NCBI GenBank assembly: GCA_001643675.2
Contig: LSRY02000016.1
Location: 992,001 to 1,056,000 of the forward strand
Length of the DNA stretch: 64,000 nt
Direction: 5' to 3'
Origin: Monocercomonoides exilis PA203
Taxonomy: Eukaryota; Protista; Preaxostyla
The notes below the pieces were generated by a model, which ran no database searches, was not told the DNA's origin, and worked only from the letters and a program-made list of their open reading frames with translations. Both the position numbers and the translations under genes were made by a program. Shown here piece after piece: positions 24,227 through 37,728 of this stretch (position 1 is the first letter of the stretch; each line of letters begins with the position of its first letter).

Positions 24227-26350
24227 ATGAGCAAAAAAGGTGTTCTGGACTTTTTCACAAATGAACAAAAATTAGATTTACTCGATTCCTTTGTAAAAGA
24301 TTATGAGCAAAAATTTGGCCAAGAAGCTTTGGATGAGTTTATTAAATTACATTTGAATGAGAAGATTTCATTTTATCAAAATAAAGAAAGAGGTGAAGCC
24401 AAAAATGAAAGTGAAATCAAAAATGAAAATGATCTACAACAGCAACGCGTAATTTTTGAAAGTGATTCAACGAAGCAGCAAACAGAAAAACAGAAAGATA
24501 TCGAAAATGATGGAGAGTTGATATTTTGCAGAAAAACAACAAAAGATATAAATATAAAAACTGAAAATCTTCCTCGTGGTGAAAAACGGAAAAAGAAGAG
24601 AGATCTTGATGTTAAAACTTGCCCCAGACGCTATATAGCTCTGAAAATTATGTATAATGGCGAGAGTCTTCATGGATTTGCTGACCAAAGCCAGATAGAT
24701 GACACTGTTGAAGGATATATTTTCTCGGCATTACTTAAAACTCATTTAATTTGGGACAAAAGCGCATGTTATTGGACAAGATGTGGGAGAACTGACGCTG
24801 GAGTTAGTGGATTTGGTCAAGTAGTTTCTTTATTTGTAAGATCTTCTTTACCAGAAGGATCTCCTGGAGTATTTCCACCATATTCACCAAGTGTTGAGAA
24901 CGACATTTTAAAGGAAAAAGATAGAAGCGATCATTCAGAAAGTGAAAAAGCTGATGATCTTCCTTCAGCTTCATCGCTTCTTGAGGCGGGCGAACTGAAT
25001 TACACAAAAATTCTTAATTCAACTCTTCCGCCTTCTATTCGTGTTGTTAGTTTTTGTTCTGCTCCTGTTTCTTTCAACGCTCGATTCGATTGCATTAACC
25101 GCACATATAGATACTTCTTTATGGCAGGCTCTTTGGATATCGAAAAAATGAATGAAGCTGCAAATAAACTTATTGGAAGGCATAACTTCCATCTTTTCTG
25201 GTTTGGTCAACCCTCTTTTTATTTTTGAAATGCATTTTATTTAATTTTTTTTTTTTCCTTCAAAAACTTCAAATTATTAAAAACTTTCAGCAAGCAGGAC
25301 AAGAATCGCTTGAATGTTCAATATTCTCGTGTGATTGAATATGCTGCCATTCGGCCAGCCTTTCATTTCGAGTCGCTATTCGATCCTTCTTCTGTTTCTG
25401 AGGCATCTTTGGCTCATTTTGCATCAGAATTATCAGCTTCATCATCATCGTCGTCGTCTTCTTCTTCTTCTTCCTATTCCTCTTCTACTTCTTCTTCTTC
25501 CTCCTCCTCCTCTTCTTCTTCTTCTTCTTCTTCAATTTCATCTTCTCTTTCGTCATCATCATCAAGTTCCCCATTAACTTCCTCTTCAACGTCTGAAGTT
25601 ATTTCCGCTATTCAAACGTTATCCAAGCACTTTCTCATGTACGAGCTTGTGATTGTTGGCCAGTCATTCCTCTATCATCAAATACGATGCATCATGAGCA
25701 TCCTGTTTAAAGTTGGGATGGGAATTCATCCTCCTTCAATTGTGGACGAAATGCTTGCAGAAACTGACGAAACAAGGAAATGGAGCAAAAAACTGGATGA
25801 TGAAAAAGAACTTCAGAAGAAAAGAGGATGTAAAGAAGAAGGGAAATGTACGGATTCAACTTTGGAGGAAGCAGAATCTGATCAGTTATCTTTAAGTGAT
25901 TGCACTTCATCCTCTGATGAACCTGATTTCCCTCCCAGTGAATTCTTTGCTTCTTATGAGCTCGCCAAAGAAACACCGCTTATTCTTTGGAGTTGCAACA
26001 CTATCAACACAAAGTTTATGAGAGAGAAAACAGCGGTCAGTAGAATCATAGCTGATCTTGTCAAAAATAGAATTTATCCTTTGCTCACTTCAGTAGCACA
26101 TGCAATGAGTGAAGCGCTTGATTTGTGGATGGGCGAATGCTTTGACCTCGAAGAAATTGAAAATTTTAAAAGGAAAAAGAAGGACACAAAAGATCAAACT
26201 CGAGAATTAAACCAAGAAAATTGTTCATTAACAAGTTGCACACTTTCACTGAAGCCTTTTCATTCCTTTTCATCAGTTGAACCACCTCCGATCATCGACC
26301 ACAATCACCTAAGACCAATTTTTCCTCAACAGCGTTCGAAAACAAAATGA
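24227..26350 (+). CDS. PUS3: tRNA pseudouridine(38/39) synthase, TruA family (Pus3/Deg1)
   Basis: RYIALKIMYNG...GF..Q, TVEG.IF.AL, RCGRTDAGVSG.GQV, FNARFDC..R.YRYFF, LIG.HNF, GQSFLYHQIRCIM. Intron 25201-25290 (GTTTGG...TTTCAG) restores FCKQD. Poly-Ser insert. Confidence 0.92.
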
Positions 26351-26612
26351 AAAATAAACTGGTGGATAACATTTGATAACATCTTTCAGCCATTTTGATG
26401 CAAAAAGCCTTTTATAAAATTGTTTTATTCAAAGCATTTTTTTCGCAAAAGCATTTCAAAAACAGAAATAAAAAAATTTTTTTCCAAAATTTCTCTCAGA
26501 ATCAAATTAAACATGAATAATAAAAATTTTTGAATTTAATCAAAGAGATATGATTGAAGAAAAATGACTGTTTTCGGAATGATCAAAAATTGTACCATCA
26601 TTAATTAATAAA

Positions 26613-28098
26613 ATGGCAAGTTCGTCTTCAACTCCTTCAACCCAATCATATGAATTACAGACAAAGCCTCATGAATATAGCGGAGAGACTTTGATGTCAT
26701 ATTATTACAGAAATCCTACTCCGAGAGGCGTTATATTTTATTCACATGGTAAATATCTTTTTTTTATTAATTTTTAAATAATAATGTTTTAAAGGCGTTT
26801 TGGAGCACACGAGATGTCATATGTTTAACATTGAATTTTTTATTCGAAATGGATTTAGTGTATTTGCTCTCGATTTGCCAGGTAAATTTTCTTATTTTTA
26901 AAAATTTTTTTAAAAAAATTATTATTTCAAAGGACATGGCCTTTCCGCAAAGGGGAAAGTTGATAACACAATAAAAGATTGGAGAGCTGTAATTGCTCAT
27001 TGGTCCGCGTTTATTCGAGAAATTTCTCAAGAAGAATGCCATCAAAACATTCCGAAGTTCTACTTTGGCCATTCACTTGGCGCGACAGTCGGAATACTAG
27101 TCGTTCGACAAGTTAAAGATTTACTGACGGGAGCTATTTTTTCTGCTCCAACAGTTTTTGTGAACGCGCCTGGCATTGCTGTTGCATTTTTGGGGTTTGA
27201 TATTATTTATTAATCTGAAAGGTTTAATATTTTTCAAACAAAATTCATTTTTAAAAGTCCTTTATCTGTTGTAGCAAAAGGAGTTGGAGTTCAAAAGCTT
27301 GACAGAACAACTTTATGTCATGATGCTGCTATTAGTGTGCAGAAAACATTCAATCACAAAATTTAAAATAATTTTTTTAAAAATACAGTTAAAGCTGCAA
27401 ATGAGGATCCACTCTGCGGACAGAAAGCAATCAACGCACAAACAGCAAACGAAATTAAGCATGTATGAAAATTCAAAATTTTTTATGTTTCGTATTTCTG
27501 AACAATGTTCAATTATATAAGATGACAGAGGAGATAAAGAAGCATCCTGAGCAGGATGATTATCCATTCTTTATCTTTCACGGTGACAAAGATGCAATCG
27601 GTGTGCTTGCGAAATATTTTTTATCCAATTTATTTTTTTCAATGTGTATTTTTGCAAATATTACCAAATTTTTGAATAATCTCATAATTGCTTTATCTTC
27701 AACCCCCTTCAGCACCTTTCAAAAATTCCCAAATGTTTTTTGAAAAGGCAGTTAGCAAGACAAAGACACTGCACATTTTCCAAGATACTTTTCATGAAAT
27801 CCACAACGAGCCATGCAAACAAGAGTGCCAGGGAATGATTCTCGATTGGATTAATAGAAGAATAAGCGAAGATGCTCTGAAATCGTCAAAAGAAAACGAA
27901 GCGAAGTCAAAAGCAGAGGAATCTGAATCAAAAGAAGGAGAAGGTGAAAACGAACCAAAGAAAGAAGAAGAAGAAGAAGGCAAAAAAGAAAGTGAGCAAA
28001 GCAAAGATGTTGCTGATGCAGAAACGACAGCTGCAACGGGTTCTGAAAAAAGTGCTGAAGAAGTGAAAAGTGAAGAAAAAGAAGCAACTTCTTCGTAA
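26613..28098 (+). CDS. Alpha/beta hydrolase, monoacylglycerol lipase / lysophospholipase-like, multi-exon
   Basis: Spliced motifs IFYSHG-VLEH, ALDLPGHGLS, nucleophile GHSLG, IFSAP, IFHGDKD, FHEIHNEP. Six GT-AG introns and an acidic tail. Confidence 0.88.
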
Positions 28099-29277
28099 TA
28101 AAATGCAACAGAAGAAATATGAGAAATTGTCGACCGAACAATTCCGTTTTAATAGCGTCTTGTATTTAATTTTTCAGTTTTTTTTTAAAAAAAAAATATT
28201 ATGAAGTTTCAATTTCTGTTTTTATGCATTTTTGAAATGACTTATTTGGTTGCTTCATATCGTGCAAGTCTTGGTTTTATGTGTGTGCGTGTGTGTCTGT
28301 GCTCGTACGTTGTTATTGTGTATCTATTTTCTTTCCTTTTTTTATAAGATTACAAATGATGAATTCATTTTATTATTATTATAATTTAAAGTTTTTTCTT
28401 TCTTTTTTATCTATTAACGACCATTCTTTCTTTTGTTTAACATCAACTGATATTATAGTTCCTTTTTAAAATTTTCCCTTCAAATATGTGTTTTGTCATT
28501 TAATAAAACTGCTGTTGTATTTGAATCTTTGAATAAGAAAATAAATTTCTATTGAGAATATGCAAGGAGAGATGATAATTATCCATCGAAAATTGACTTT
28601 GAAAATTTAAAAATTATTAACTCATTCAAAAATTTCAAAAAAATAAAAGAAAGAAATGTCGCAGCCATGAAATCATGGTTATCTTTTTCTGATAATATTG
28701 ATATGAAAAATAAAAGAACGAAGAGAAATGAAAAAGGAGGAAAAGCCAAATAATGTTATTTTTAAGAAACCTTATGGAAAAAAAATAAGCGAGTTTAAAA
28801 AAATAACGATTTCTTATGTTACACTTTGAAAAAACAAAACGAATATGACAAACTTCATCAAAATCATTTCAAAAAAAATTTAATTATTAAATTACCGAGT
28901 TAAACATTTCTCAAAATGAAGCATTTCTCAGTAATTTCAACAAAGTGACAAAAATAAACTCAAAATATGAAAAATGTGATAATGTTAGTGATTGTGTGCG
29001 TGCTCAACGTTTCAAGCAGAAATAGTGCTTTCCATTGACAAGCAGTTTTACAATTGATTGCAGAAAAAATACCGTTGATAATTCAGAAATATGAAAGTCT
29101 AAACTTCATCTTCCAAAAATAATTTCTCTTCAAAAAAAAAAAAAAAAAACTCTCACCTTTCATCAATCTCCTTTCCTTTGGGAAAAAAAGAAGCAGATAA
29201 AAAATTTTTTTCAGGTAACTTGAAACGTCGATCAAGCCACATTCATAGCTTTTTAGAATTTTCATTCGTCATGAGCA

Positions 29278-31392
29278 TTAAAAGGCTGTTTTCCCTCCGC
29301 TGTCTGCTGTTCCCATCGATGCTGAAGCAGAAGAGGCTGTTCCTGTGCCTGTCGTCAGCTGCTGCTGCTTCGCAAGCTTCTTAGCTTCTCTGTCTTCAAG
29401 ATACTTCTTCTTTCTCTCTTCTTTTTCTTCAACATCCTCCTCTCCTCTGTGTTGTACTCCATCCATATATTCTTTCAGTGACTGTGAAGAATATGGTGCA
29501 TATGTTGCTCCTTTGGCCTTCGCGATTTCTTCATCCTGAAGGAAGCACATGAATATCGTATCAATCAGTGAATCGTAAATCTCCATCACCAAGAATGACA
29601 CGACAAAGGCAATGATAAACGAAAGCAGCGCAAGGAACCACCAGTAGTTGATTGTCAGCTTATAGAATGTCACTCCCACGAAATCTGGGCGCATAAACAG
29701 CACGCAACAGAATGTCGACAGGCAAGCGCTGGCAAGGATGGCACACATAATGATGATTGTTGTCAACACACTGAGTACTGACGTGCGGAGCACGTTGCGG
29801 ACCATAATGTTCAGTGCATCAACAGCAGACGGGAAGAATGATTTTCCGTGGATCATCATCATGATGTATGCGCGTGATGCAATGAACTCCACCAACTTCT
29901 GGCAGCACTTCAAGCAGCAGCTGCAACAGCACAAAATTCCCTTGATGACCGGATTGTTGATGTCTTCCACTTTCTTCCGCAGATACAGAACGATCGTACG
30001 GAACAGTTGTACAAGTGCTATCATAAATGACCCAACAGACACAGAGCCCAGATGGTGGAGCAGCAATATCTTTGTAGCTCGTGCAATGGGGAACGTAGGT
30101 ACATCAGACTTGTCGTGGACAAAGAACCATGTCGCTCCTGCTCCAGCGACAGTTGACTGGTTCATTCCAATCAGGAATGATATGCACCACAAGAAGAAGA
30201 AGAAAACAAACAAAATCACATAGCGAGACGTAGAGTCGATTGTGATGGAACGGGTTTCGCTGAAGCTTTCTGGAATGACAACATGTTGGCTGAAGTAGTA
30301 AACCATTGTAATAACAAACAATGCTGCAACAATGATGAAAATGATAATGTATACGATTGGAACTAAAATAATGCAGCACATTGAACGAATTGCTCTTGAA
30401 GCTTCTTTGATAATTGCTGTTGCAAGTGAAATCCTTCTGCGCAAAGCAATTGTAATGATGACAAGAATAAAATCAAGCAAAATCAAGAAACCACCAAAGC
30501 CAATAAACACATATGATGATGTCTTATCATGTTGTAAAGGATCTCTATAGTGCGAGAATCCATAAACGAATATCCATATTCCAACCACAGCAACTGCAAC
30601 AAGGCAGCCAAGAATGCAAATCCATACTATGCAAAATCCACAGCACTGGAAGCAGCAGATCTCAAGGAAGCAGATCACCAGTGCAAATGCTGCAGCCAAA
30701 AGTAAAATATACCACCCTTGGGTAATATCTGATACAAAAGTTGTGAATACATTTTTCATGTCGTCAAATCCTGGAATTTCGCTTATCCTATCCTGAACAG
30801 AAGATGGGATGCATCTGTACATCAATGAATAAAACTTTGTTTCATTTGTATAATATTTATGTGTAACAGTGCACGTATATTCATCATCTGTTGTAAGCAT
30901 TCCTGTTTCAAGATCAATACATTGAAATCCTTTGTAAGGGCATTCTTCAAGGCAGTACGTCTTCACTTCAGTAACGTTATCAGAAAAAAATGGATCCTGG
31001 AATAAATATTTTCTTCTTTGGTAGTTGTTTATCTTGTTTTTTACACCGCAAAATTCTTTACTGAAAAATAAAAAGATATATCATATAAACATTTATCGAA
31101 TAATCAAACTCTGTGGTATATGGATAAGCAAGCTTATACGGCTCTCCATGGATAAATCCCAATCCAAAAATCACAAACATAGCAATGATGCAAATGCCAA
31201 ATACAATTAAGCAATAAAAGTCGCGGCAACATCCATGATTTTGACGGAAATCAACTTTTCCATCCTTCATGGGAATTTCCTGAATTGGCTCTCCTGCTTC
31301 TATATTATAATAAAATAGAGTATAAATGAAATACATGAAATTTTGTGCATTCGATAAATGCTTTCCATACTGACTTCCGATTTTTTAGACAT
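29278..31392 (-). CDS. Choline transporter-like protein (CTL / SLC44 family)
   Basis: CCRDFYCLIVF, YPY..D..FCG, RRRISLATAIIKEASRAI, HHLGSVSVGSF, CCCSCCLKCC, AYIMMMIHGKSF, IDTIFMCFLQD and multiple TM helices. Two 5' introns. Confidence 0.9.
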
Positions 31393-31963
31393 TCTCACAA
31401 TTCGGTCAAATAAAGGAAAGATCATACAACTGATCATTTTTTGAATAAAAGTTAATTGAATACAATTGAAAGCATTTTTTGGTTATGAAAAAACAATAAA
31501 AAATATATTTTTACCGAACAACACAAAAAGTTCGATAAAAATCAACTTTCTTTCTTTTTTTCTCTTGTTGAAAGTTCCATAAGAATATCCTTTTCCTGCA
31601 TCAATCTCAAAAATAAAAAAATAAATATATTTAATAAAATAATCAAACCCTACGAAGTGTAATGATTTCGTTTGCCATATCGTTGAGTAATGCATCAAGA
31701 TCGCTGAAAGAAACTGAAGAATTGACAGTTTTCCAACGAAAAAAATATTAAAGAGAACAAAGAAAAAAACAATATCCTGAATAATACCAATTTTTCTTCC
31801 TTTCCATATTCCTGAATGAGATTCGGGCAGAGCATCGACTAATCCTTGCACATCCTTTAATTGAAAAAATTAAAAGAAATAAGTATCATAATAATAATAA
31901 CAATAATAATAAGAAAGAAAGAAAGAAAGAAAATATGTAAAAAAAAAAATCTCTATTTCTCAT

Positions 31964-33256
31964 TCAAACATCCGATGTGATCGTCAAGAACTCATTCGCG
32001 CGCGGAGAGGACACTTCTGAGTGGATCAGCCTGGGCGTCGTTGCTTCCGTGTGGAGCATCGACTGCTCTGGTGTGGTTGTCCCAGAGGAAGGCACAGACG
32101 CCGAAAGAGAGGCAGAAGGCGGTAGCGGCACGAGCGGCGGCTGGTTTGCGGGCTTGTTGATCTGCAGGAGCGTCTTTGTCGAGATGGGGGTGGCTGCGGG
32201 GGAAGCTGTTTGTGATGTGGAGAGCGAGGAAGTGAGAGAGGAAGAGAGAGAGGAGGGGAGAGAGGAAGAGGAAGAGAAAGAGGAAGAGAGCTGAGTGCGT
32301 GGCTGGGTGGAGAGTGGGAGCAGGCGGAGTGAAGTGAGTCCTTTGTTGGATGAAATGAGCCCCGAAGGCGAGAAAACCTGGCGGCGGTCGGCGGACAGCA
32401 GCGGCGATGTGAGTGGCGATGGAGAAGGTTTCGTGTGGGAAGCAGAAGAGGAGGAGTTGGTGGACTGTGAAAGAGATTCGCTTGTATTTGGCAGCTGGTT
32501 GGAGCGAGAAGAAGAGATAGAGGAAGAAAGAGAAGAAGAAAGAGTGGAGGACAGGATTGAGTGGGAGGTGGTGGCAAAGACGTGAACGTTCTGTGAGTTT
32601 TGTGTATTTTGTGTGTTCTGCATATTCAATGCAGATGTTGCGTCGTTTGCTGCCTGTTCAAAGGGAATTATATCGCCAAAGTCAGCTTCGTTGAGCATCT
32701 CGGTCTCTGCTTGGATGCTTTCAAAGGCTGTTTTCTTCTGTTCGGGCGAAAGATATGGAAGCAGAGTGCGCACTAAAAGACTGGAAGATGAAAGATGGAA
32801 TGGTTATTTTTTATTGGTGGTTTTTTTGATATTAGAATGAGAAAATTATAAAAATAAACAAAAAATGGAAAAAAAAATTTTTTTTTGAATTAAAAATTTC
32901 ATAAAAAAAAGAGCAAAAGGATATTTTAAAAAAAAAATATTGAAAAAAAAGTTTTGAAAATTTTGGGGGTTAAAAAGTGAAAAAAAGACAACCCAAAAAT
33001 AAAAAGTTTTGAAAACTGTAACCAACAAAAAGATGTTATAATTGCAATTGCAAATGCATACTGCAAATCTTTGATTGTTTGGACGAGCTGGGTCTTTTCT
33101 TCTGCGCTTAAAGGCTCTGCAAAAACAAGATATTGTGAAGTCAGTGGCATATCGTACATAAAGAATCATTTCAATCAATCATTAAACAGGAAAAAAGAAG
33201 AAGAAGAAGAACGAAATGCAAATAATGTTTTTTTAAAAAAAATGATAAAAAACCGA

Positions 33257-33288
<32 letters not shown>

Positions 33289-33909
33289 AAATGCACAATA
33301 TAGCAAACTAGTCGAGTTCAAAATACTTCCGTCAGCGTCCTCGTCAACACCCAGCCAATCGTAATTGCAGTCTGCCTCGGGTTTTTCTTCACTCTTCGTC
33401 GTTTCTTTCATCGCATCTTCCTTTTTTTTGTACTCTTCAACGCTTTTCTCGAGCCTTGAGCATTTGGTCTCTGCAAATGAAATGAAAATATTTTCGGTTA
33501 AAATTACAATCAATCATATAATTTTTTTTTCATTATTATTTTAAAATAAAATAATAAATTGATAAGGAAGAAACAAAATAAAGAAAGAGAAAGAGAAAGA
33601 GAAAAGAAGAAGAAGAAGAAGAAGATGATGATGATGATGATGATGATGATGAAGGCGAATAAGAATAAGAATAAGAAAAAGTATAAAGCTAAGAAATCAC
33701 ACCTGTCACAACAAGCAATGCATTCAGGGCATCTAATTGTTGCTCCATTGTTTGTATTTCCCGCTGGCGGCTGTCAACTTCTTTTCTGCAGGAAATCAGC
33801 TGAGTCTGCTCTGCAATCAATGAAGTATTCAAGCTGAATATGAGCAAATTTCATTCAGAAATATATTGTTAGCATTCAAATTCCAATCAGATAAGAAATT
33901 GCTTTTTCG

Positions 33910-33958
<49 letters not shown>

Positions 33959-34927
33959 ATAAAAAATTGAAATACACACTCGGTGATTGTTTTGAGTTGG
34001 TCTTTAAGTTCTTTTGTGTACTGCACGTGAATACTTTTGAGGTGAGATGCGTGATCATCTTGCACTATAATTCGTTTGACATATTCATTTTTGTTCATAA
34101 CAACATTAAAAAACATGAAAATTGGATAACATTAGAAAGCATGCATTTCCTGATATAAGCTTCAACTTCTTCTTTGTACTTTTGAGCATTTTCCTGACTC
34201 GTCCGAACAGACACTTCAAAGATCTGAATGTGAAATTTAGATTTCAAAAGAAATATTCAGAATTGCACAAATAACAAATCACATGCCTTTTTTGTTAATT
34301 GCATGTACTTATTCCAGTGAGTGATCATAAGTCTTCCTCTTTCTGGATGTTGGAGGGAAACTTGCCTGCAAATCTCTTTGAAAACTGTGGTGTAAATCTT
34401 TTGAGATTCAACAAGATATTCTTCATTCATCAAAAGAAGTTTATTTCATTTCACAAAAACTAACATTTTCATGCCATTCGTTCCCATTTCGCTTTCCTTT
34501 TCATCTATCTGAGCAATTTTATCTTCCATCCATTTTTCCAGTTGGTCAACATCATTCACGCTTCCATCTGAGGAAGATACAAGAACTTCCCCCTCCTTCA
34601 AGTCTTGAGGCGAAATTTCAGATTCAGATGGCATAGGATGAATTAAAAAACTCCCATCGTCTTTCGGCATCCGAGGAGAAGAAGGTCTCGATGGAGCAGC
34701 AAAAACAGATGTGTTAATTTTTCCCGTTCCGCTAACCAGTTTCGGAACTGAACGCTTTGGTAAAGAATGGGTGATGTCTTGAAATAGCATTGTTGAAGAA
34801 GGCATCTGGTGAATGTTTAATTTTTATTATTATAAGAAATTTAATGTGCAATAACCTGTTTGCTTGTTCCTCGTTTTATATTTCCTAAATTTCTATTTTG
34901 AGCGCTTTGAGAAAAGGTTTCAGCCAT
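31964..34927 (-). CDS. Coiled-coil protein with an axonemal dynein light chain (p28/AXDND1-like) domain and Ser-rich tail, multi-exon
   Basis: Exon 34287-34420 encodes QKIYTTVFKEICRQVSLQHPERGRLM, resembling the p28 motif (LY...F.ELIRQV...C.ERG). Downstream exons are coiled-coil-like. About 8 introns, three with putative GC donors. Confidence 0.6.
33580..33957. repeat. Intronic compound microsatellite (AAAGAG/AAG/ATG/AAGAAT, ~33580-33680) and a separate A48 tract (33910-33957)
   Basis: Directly visible. Both lie in predicted introns of the 31964-34927 gene. Confidence 0.9.
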
Positions 34928-35367
34928 ATTTTTTTTTAAATTTAATTAGTAATATCGATGATAATGTCAATTAAATAAACGATAAATAAAAAACAAAAAA
35001 AGTGATGGGACTAAAGAAAATTTTAAATACGGAAACATTAAAAAATCATTAAATACGGTGTATAACTAACACAATTTGAGATTAACAACATTTGCAAATT
35101 TTAAAAGAAAAAAAAATAGTTCCGTTAAATGCAAAAAAATTTTAGAAATGAAGAAAAGAAAAGAAAGAAAAAATTGAACCGTTTTTGTGTTGAGAATTTT
35201 TATGGAAAAAAATATTCAATGCTCAACTAATTCTTGGATCACACAAAATAAATGATCCATTTAAAAAAAAATGAACAATTTCTAAAAATAAAAATTAAAA
35301 TGAAAATTAATATTAAAATATAAAATAATAATGATAATATAATAAGGATTTCTTCAAAAAAAAAATG

Positions 35368-36900
35368 TCAGAAATCAACAAAATAATCTTCTATGTTGTG
35401 AGGAATAGTTGAATTGTTTCTTGTTTCTAAAGCAAAGAAACAGTTCAATCTTGTGACACAATCTTCATATCCTTCTTCTTCCATTATTTCAAATATTCTT
35501 CTTTTGATCTCTTTTCGTTTTGCAGTCTTTTCATTTTCTTCTTTTTCGCAATTCAATTTTTTTGCGGAGCCTGTTGAAAAACAACAAACAGATTGGAATT
35601 TGAAAGCGATCGTCGCTAGAATAAAGAATCCCCTTTAACGCAACATCAACGGCTCCACTTTACACAAAGACATCGACTTCCACAATTTCGTTTTCTGCTG
35701 CACTTTAAAATAAACTAATGCTCCTGTTGCAAATTGTTCTGTGATTTTCCTTTGCTGCTCGAAATGCCTGAACAACGCCGCTGATAAGCCCTTCAATTTC
35801 TTCATTCCATAGTTGAAACGAAATAAAATTGCTTTTCAATAAATCAAGCCATCTCATCTGAACATTTACGTTTTTCTTTTCAATCATTCCATTCTCTTTC
35901 TTTTCTTCTTTTGTTATTCAAATGCAAATGAAAATAAACACTATAAGTTCTTCAACGACAGCAGCATCACACATCCCCCATTTCTGCATGCGGATCGGCA
36001 ACTCTTTCATAAAGTGTGTGAAATCAATGAACATTTTCAACTTAAAGAAAAATTGATAGCTTCTTCTTGTAATAACAAAAATAATTGATCAAATAAAAAA
36101 GCAAACACCTATCTTTGTGGAAAAACACAACTTGGCACATGCCCCAGAATGAATTTTCTCTTATTTGCATGGCAGATACTCAAGAAACTTTTTTCACCAT
36201 CCTCAGCTCCTCTTTTCTTCTTATGTCTCCTCCTCTTCTCAGTCAAGCCCTTTTCTCCTTCACTCCGCTGTATCAATGACAACTCACAAAGCCTGGACAG
36301 CATATCCATCTTGCTGTCTCCTCTTGTTTTTTCTGAGAACCTATCCATATTGTTCATCACTTCTGATAAAAAATCAAGGATTTGCGGAATGCAGCACGAC
36401 CTTTCATTGCTTGAACAGTTTGGTTGGCTTTGAAAACATTTTTTCAAACTTTGTCTAAGTTTATGCCACATTTATCCAATTATCATTATAGAAAAAGAAC
36501 TTTGAATTAACAATTTGTTGTTTGTATGTTCTCTATTTCTTCTTATTGACTCTTTCAGCATCAGAAAGTGTTTTTTTTTTAAAATGAATACAACGTCATT
36601 CAATCTATTAAGTATCTTTTCCTTTTTTTGTTAGACAAGATGAATCAGTCACCTTTTTATATCTGTCTTTTCAATGCTTATCTTCTCCAACTTGTTGTTA
36701 TTCATTGTGTTTTTCAACTTCCAAAAAAGCACATTTTGAACTACCCTCTCAGAGAGAGCGTTCCTTTTTTTGTTGTCTGCACTGCACTGCTTCTACAGCA
36801 GCAATCTTTCAAGATAGAGTGATCCTCTTCCTTCAGATTGCACTTCTTCAATCATCGATTCTGCTTAACAGCGTTTTGAAACATCGATTTGTGTGAAGCA
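35368..36900 (-). pseudogene. Degenerate member of a repeated lineage-specific helical protein family (paralogue of 41293-42700)
   Basis: C-terminus KRRIFEIMEEEGYEDCVT...IEDYFVDF parallels KRKMFEKFEEEGLEDAII...ISSYLVNA. RWLDLL...GLISGVVQAFRAAKEN parallels RWLKFL...GVIHITMRLFLAANDN. Many frameshifts and stops. Confidence 0.7.
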
Positions 36901-37728
36901 ACTTGGCAGACAGAGAGAAATTTGTGCACGTTAAGCGGTACGAGAAGGAGATAAGGGAGCAGGAAGAAGAGAAGAGTGAATGAATAAATCGATTTGTTAA
37001 TTATTTCTGACTGATCTCAGAGGTGGAGGTGAAAGTTGCAGCAGAGGAAAGGATGTTTAACCTGTACGAATATGATAGTTTGAGTTACTGAAGTGTTGTT
37101 GTTCATTGAGAAGGATAAGTGATAAGAAAGATGAATGAAAAATTATGGCTGATGGTCTTGGAAGAGGATGTGTGATGGCTTCGAATGAATATGAAGACGA
37201 GTGTATGATTGGAAAATGAAATTAATGATGCTGTGGTTGAAAAGTGATTGGCTGGTGCATTGGGAACAATTGGTGAAGAAGAAGAAGAAGAAGAAGAAGA
37301 TACTGATGATGATGAAAAGGAAGATAAGGAAATTGGATTCTCTTGGATTTGAATTGTTCTATATTTTTTATAAATTCAGTTGATTACAAGTGCAGAAAGC
37401 GTGGATGGTTGTTTTTTCATCAACTGTCTCAACTTTTTCCATAATACATGATGATTGAAATTTGAACGAAGAAATAAAACAGAATACACATTTCAAATTG
37501 TTTTCGATAACATTCGGAACATCACAGGTGAATTTAGCAGATTTATGCAAAACACAGCATATTTCAGTGAAGCCCAAGCATTGAGACGGTACTCAAATGA
37601 ATGACTGATAATTGTAACTAATGTGTTTTCATGTTTTTGAAAATGTTGCAGATAAATTGAAAAAGAGTGTTAGAATTGTAAAAAAAATATATAAAACTAT
37701 TTTTTAATCGCTATAAAAAAAATAAATC

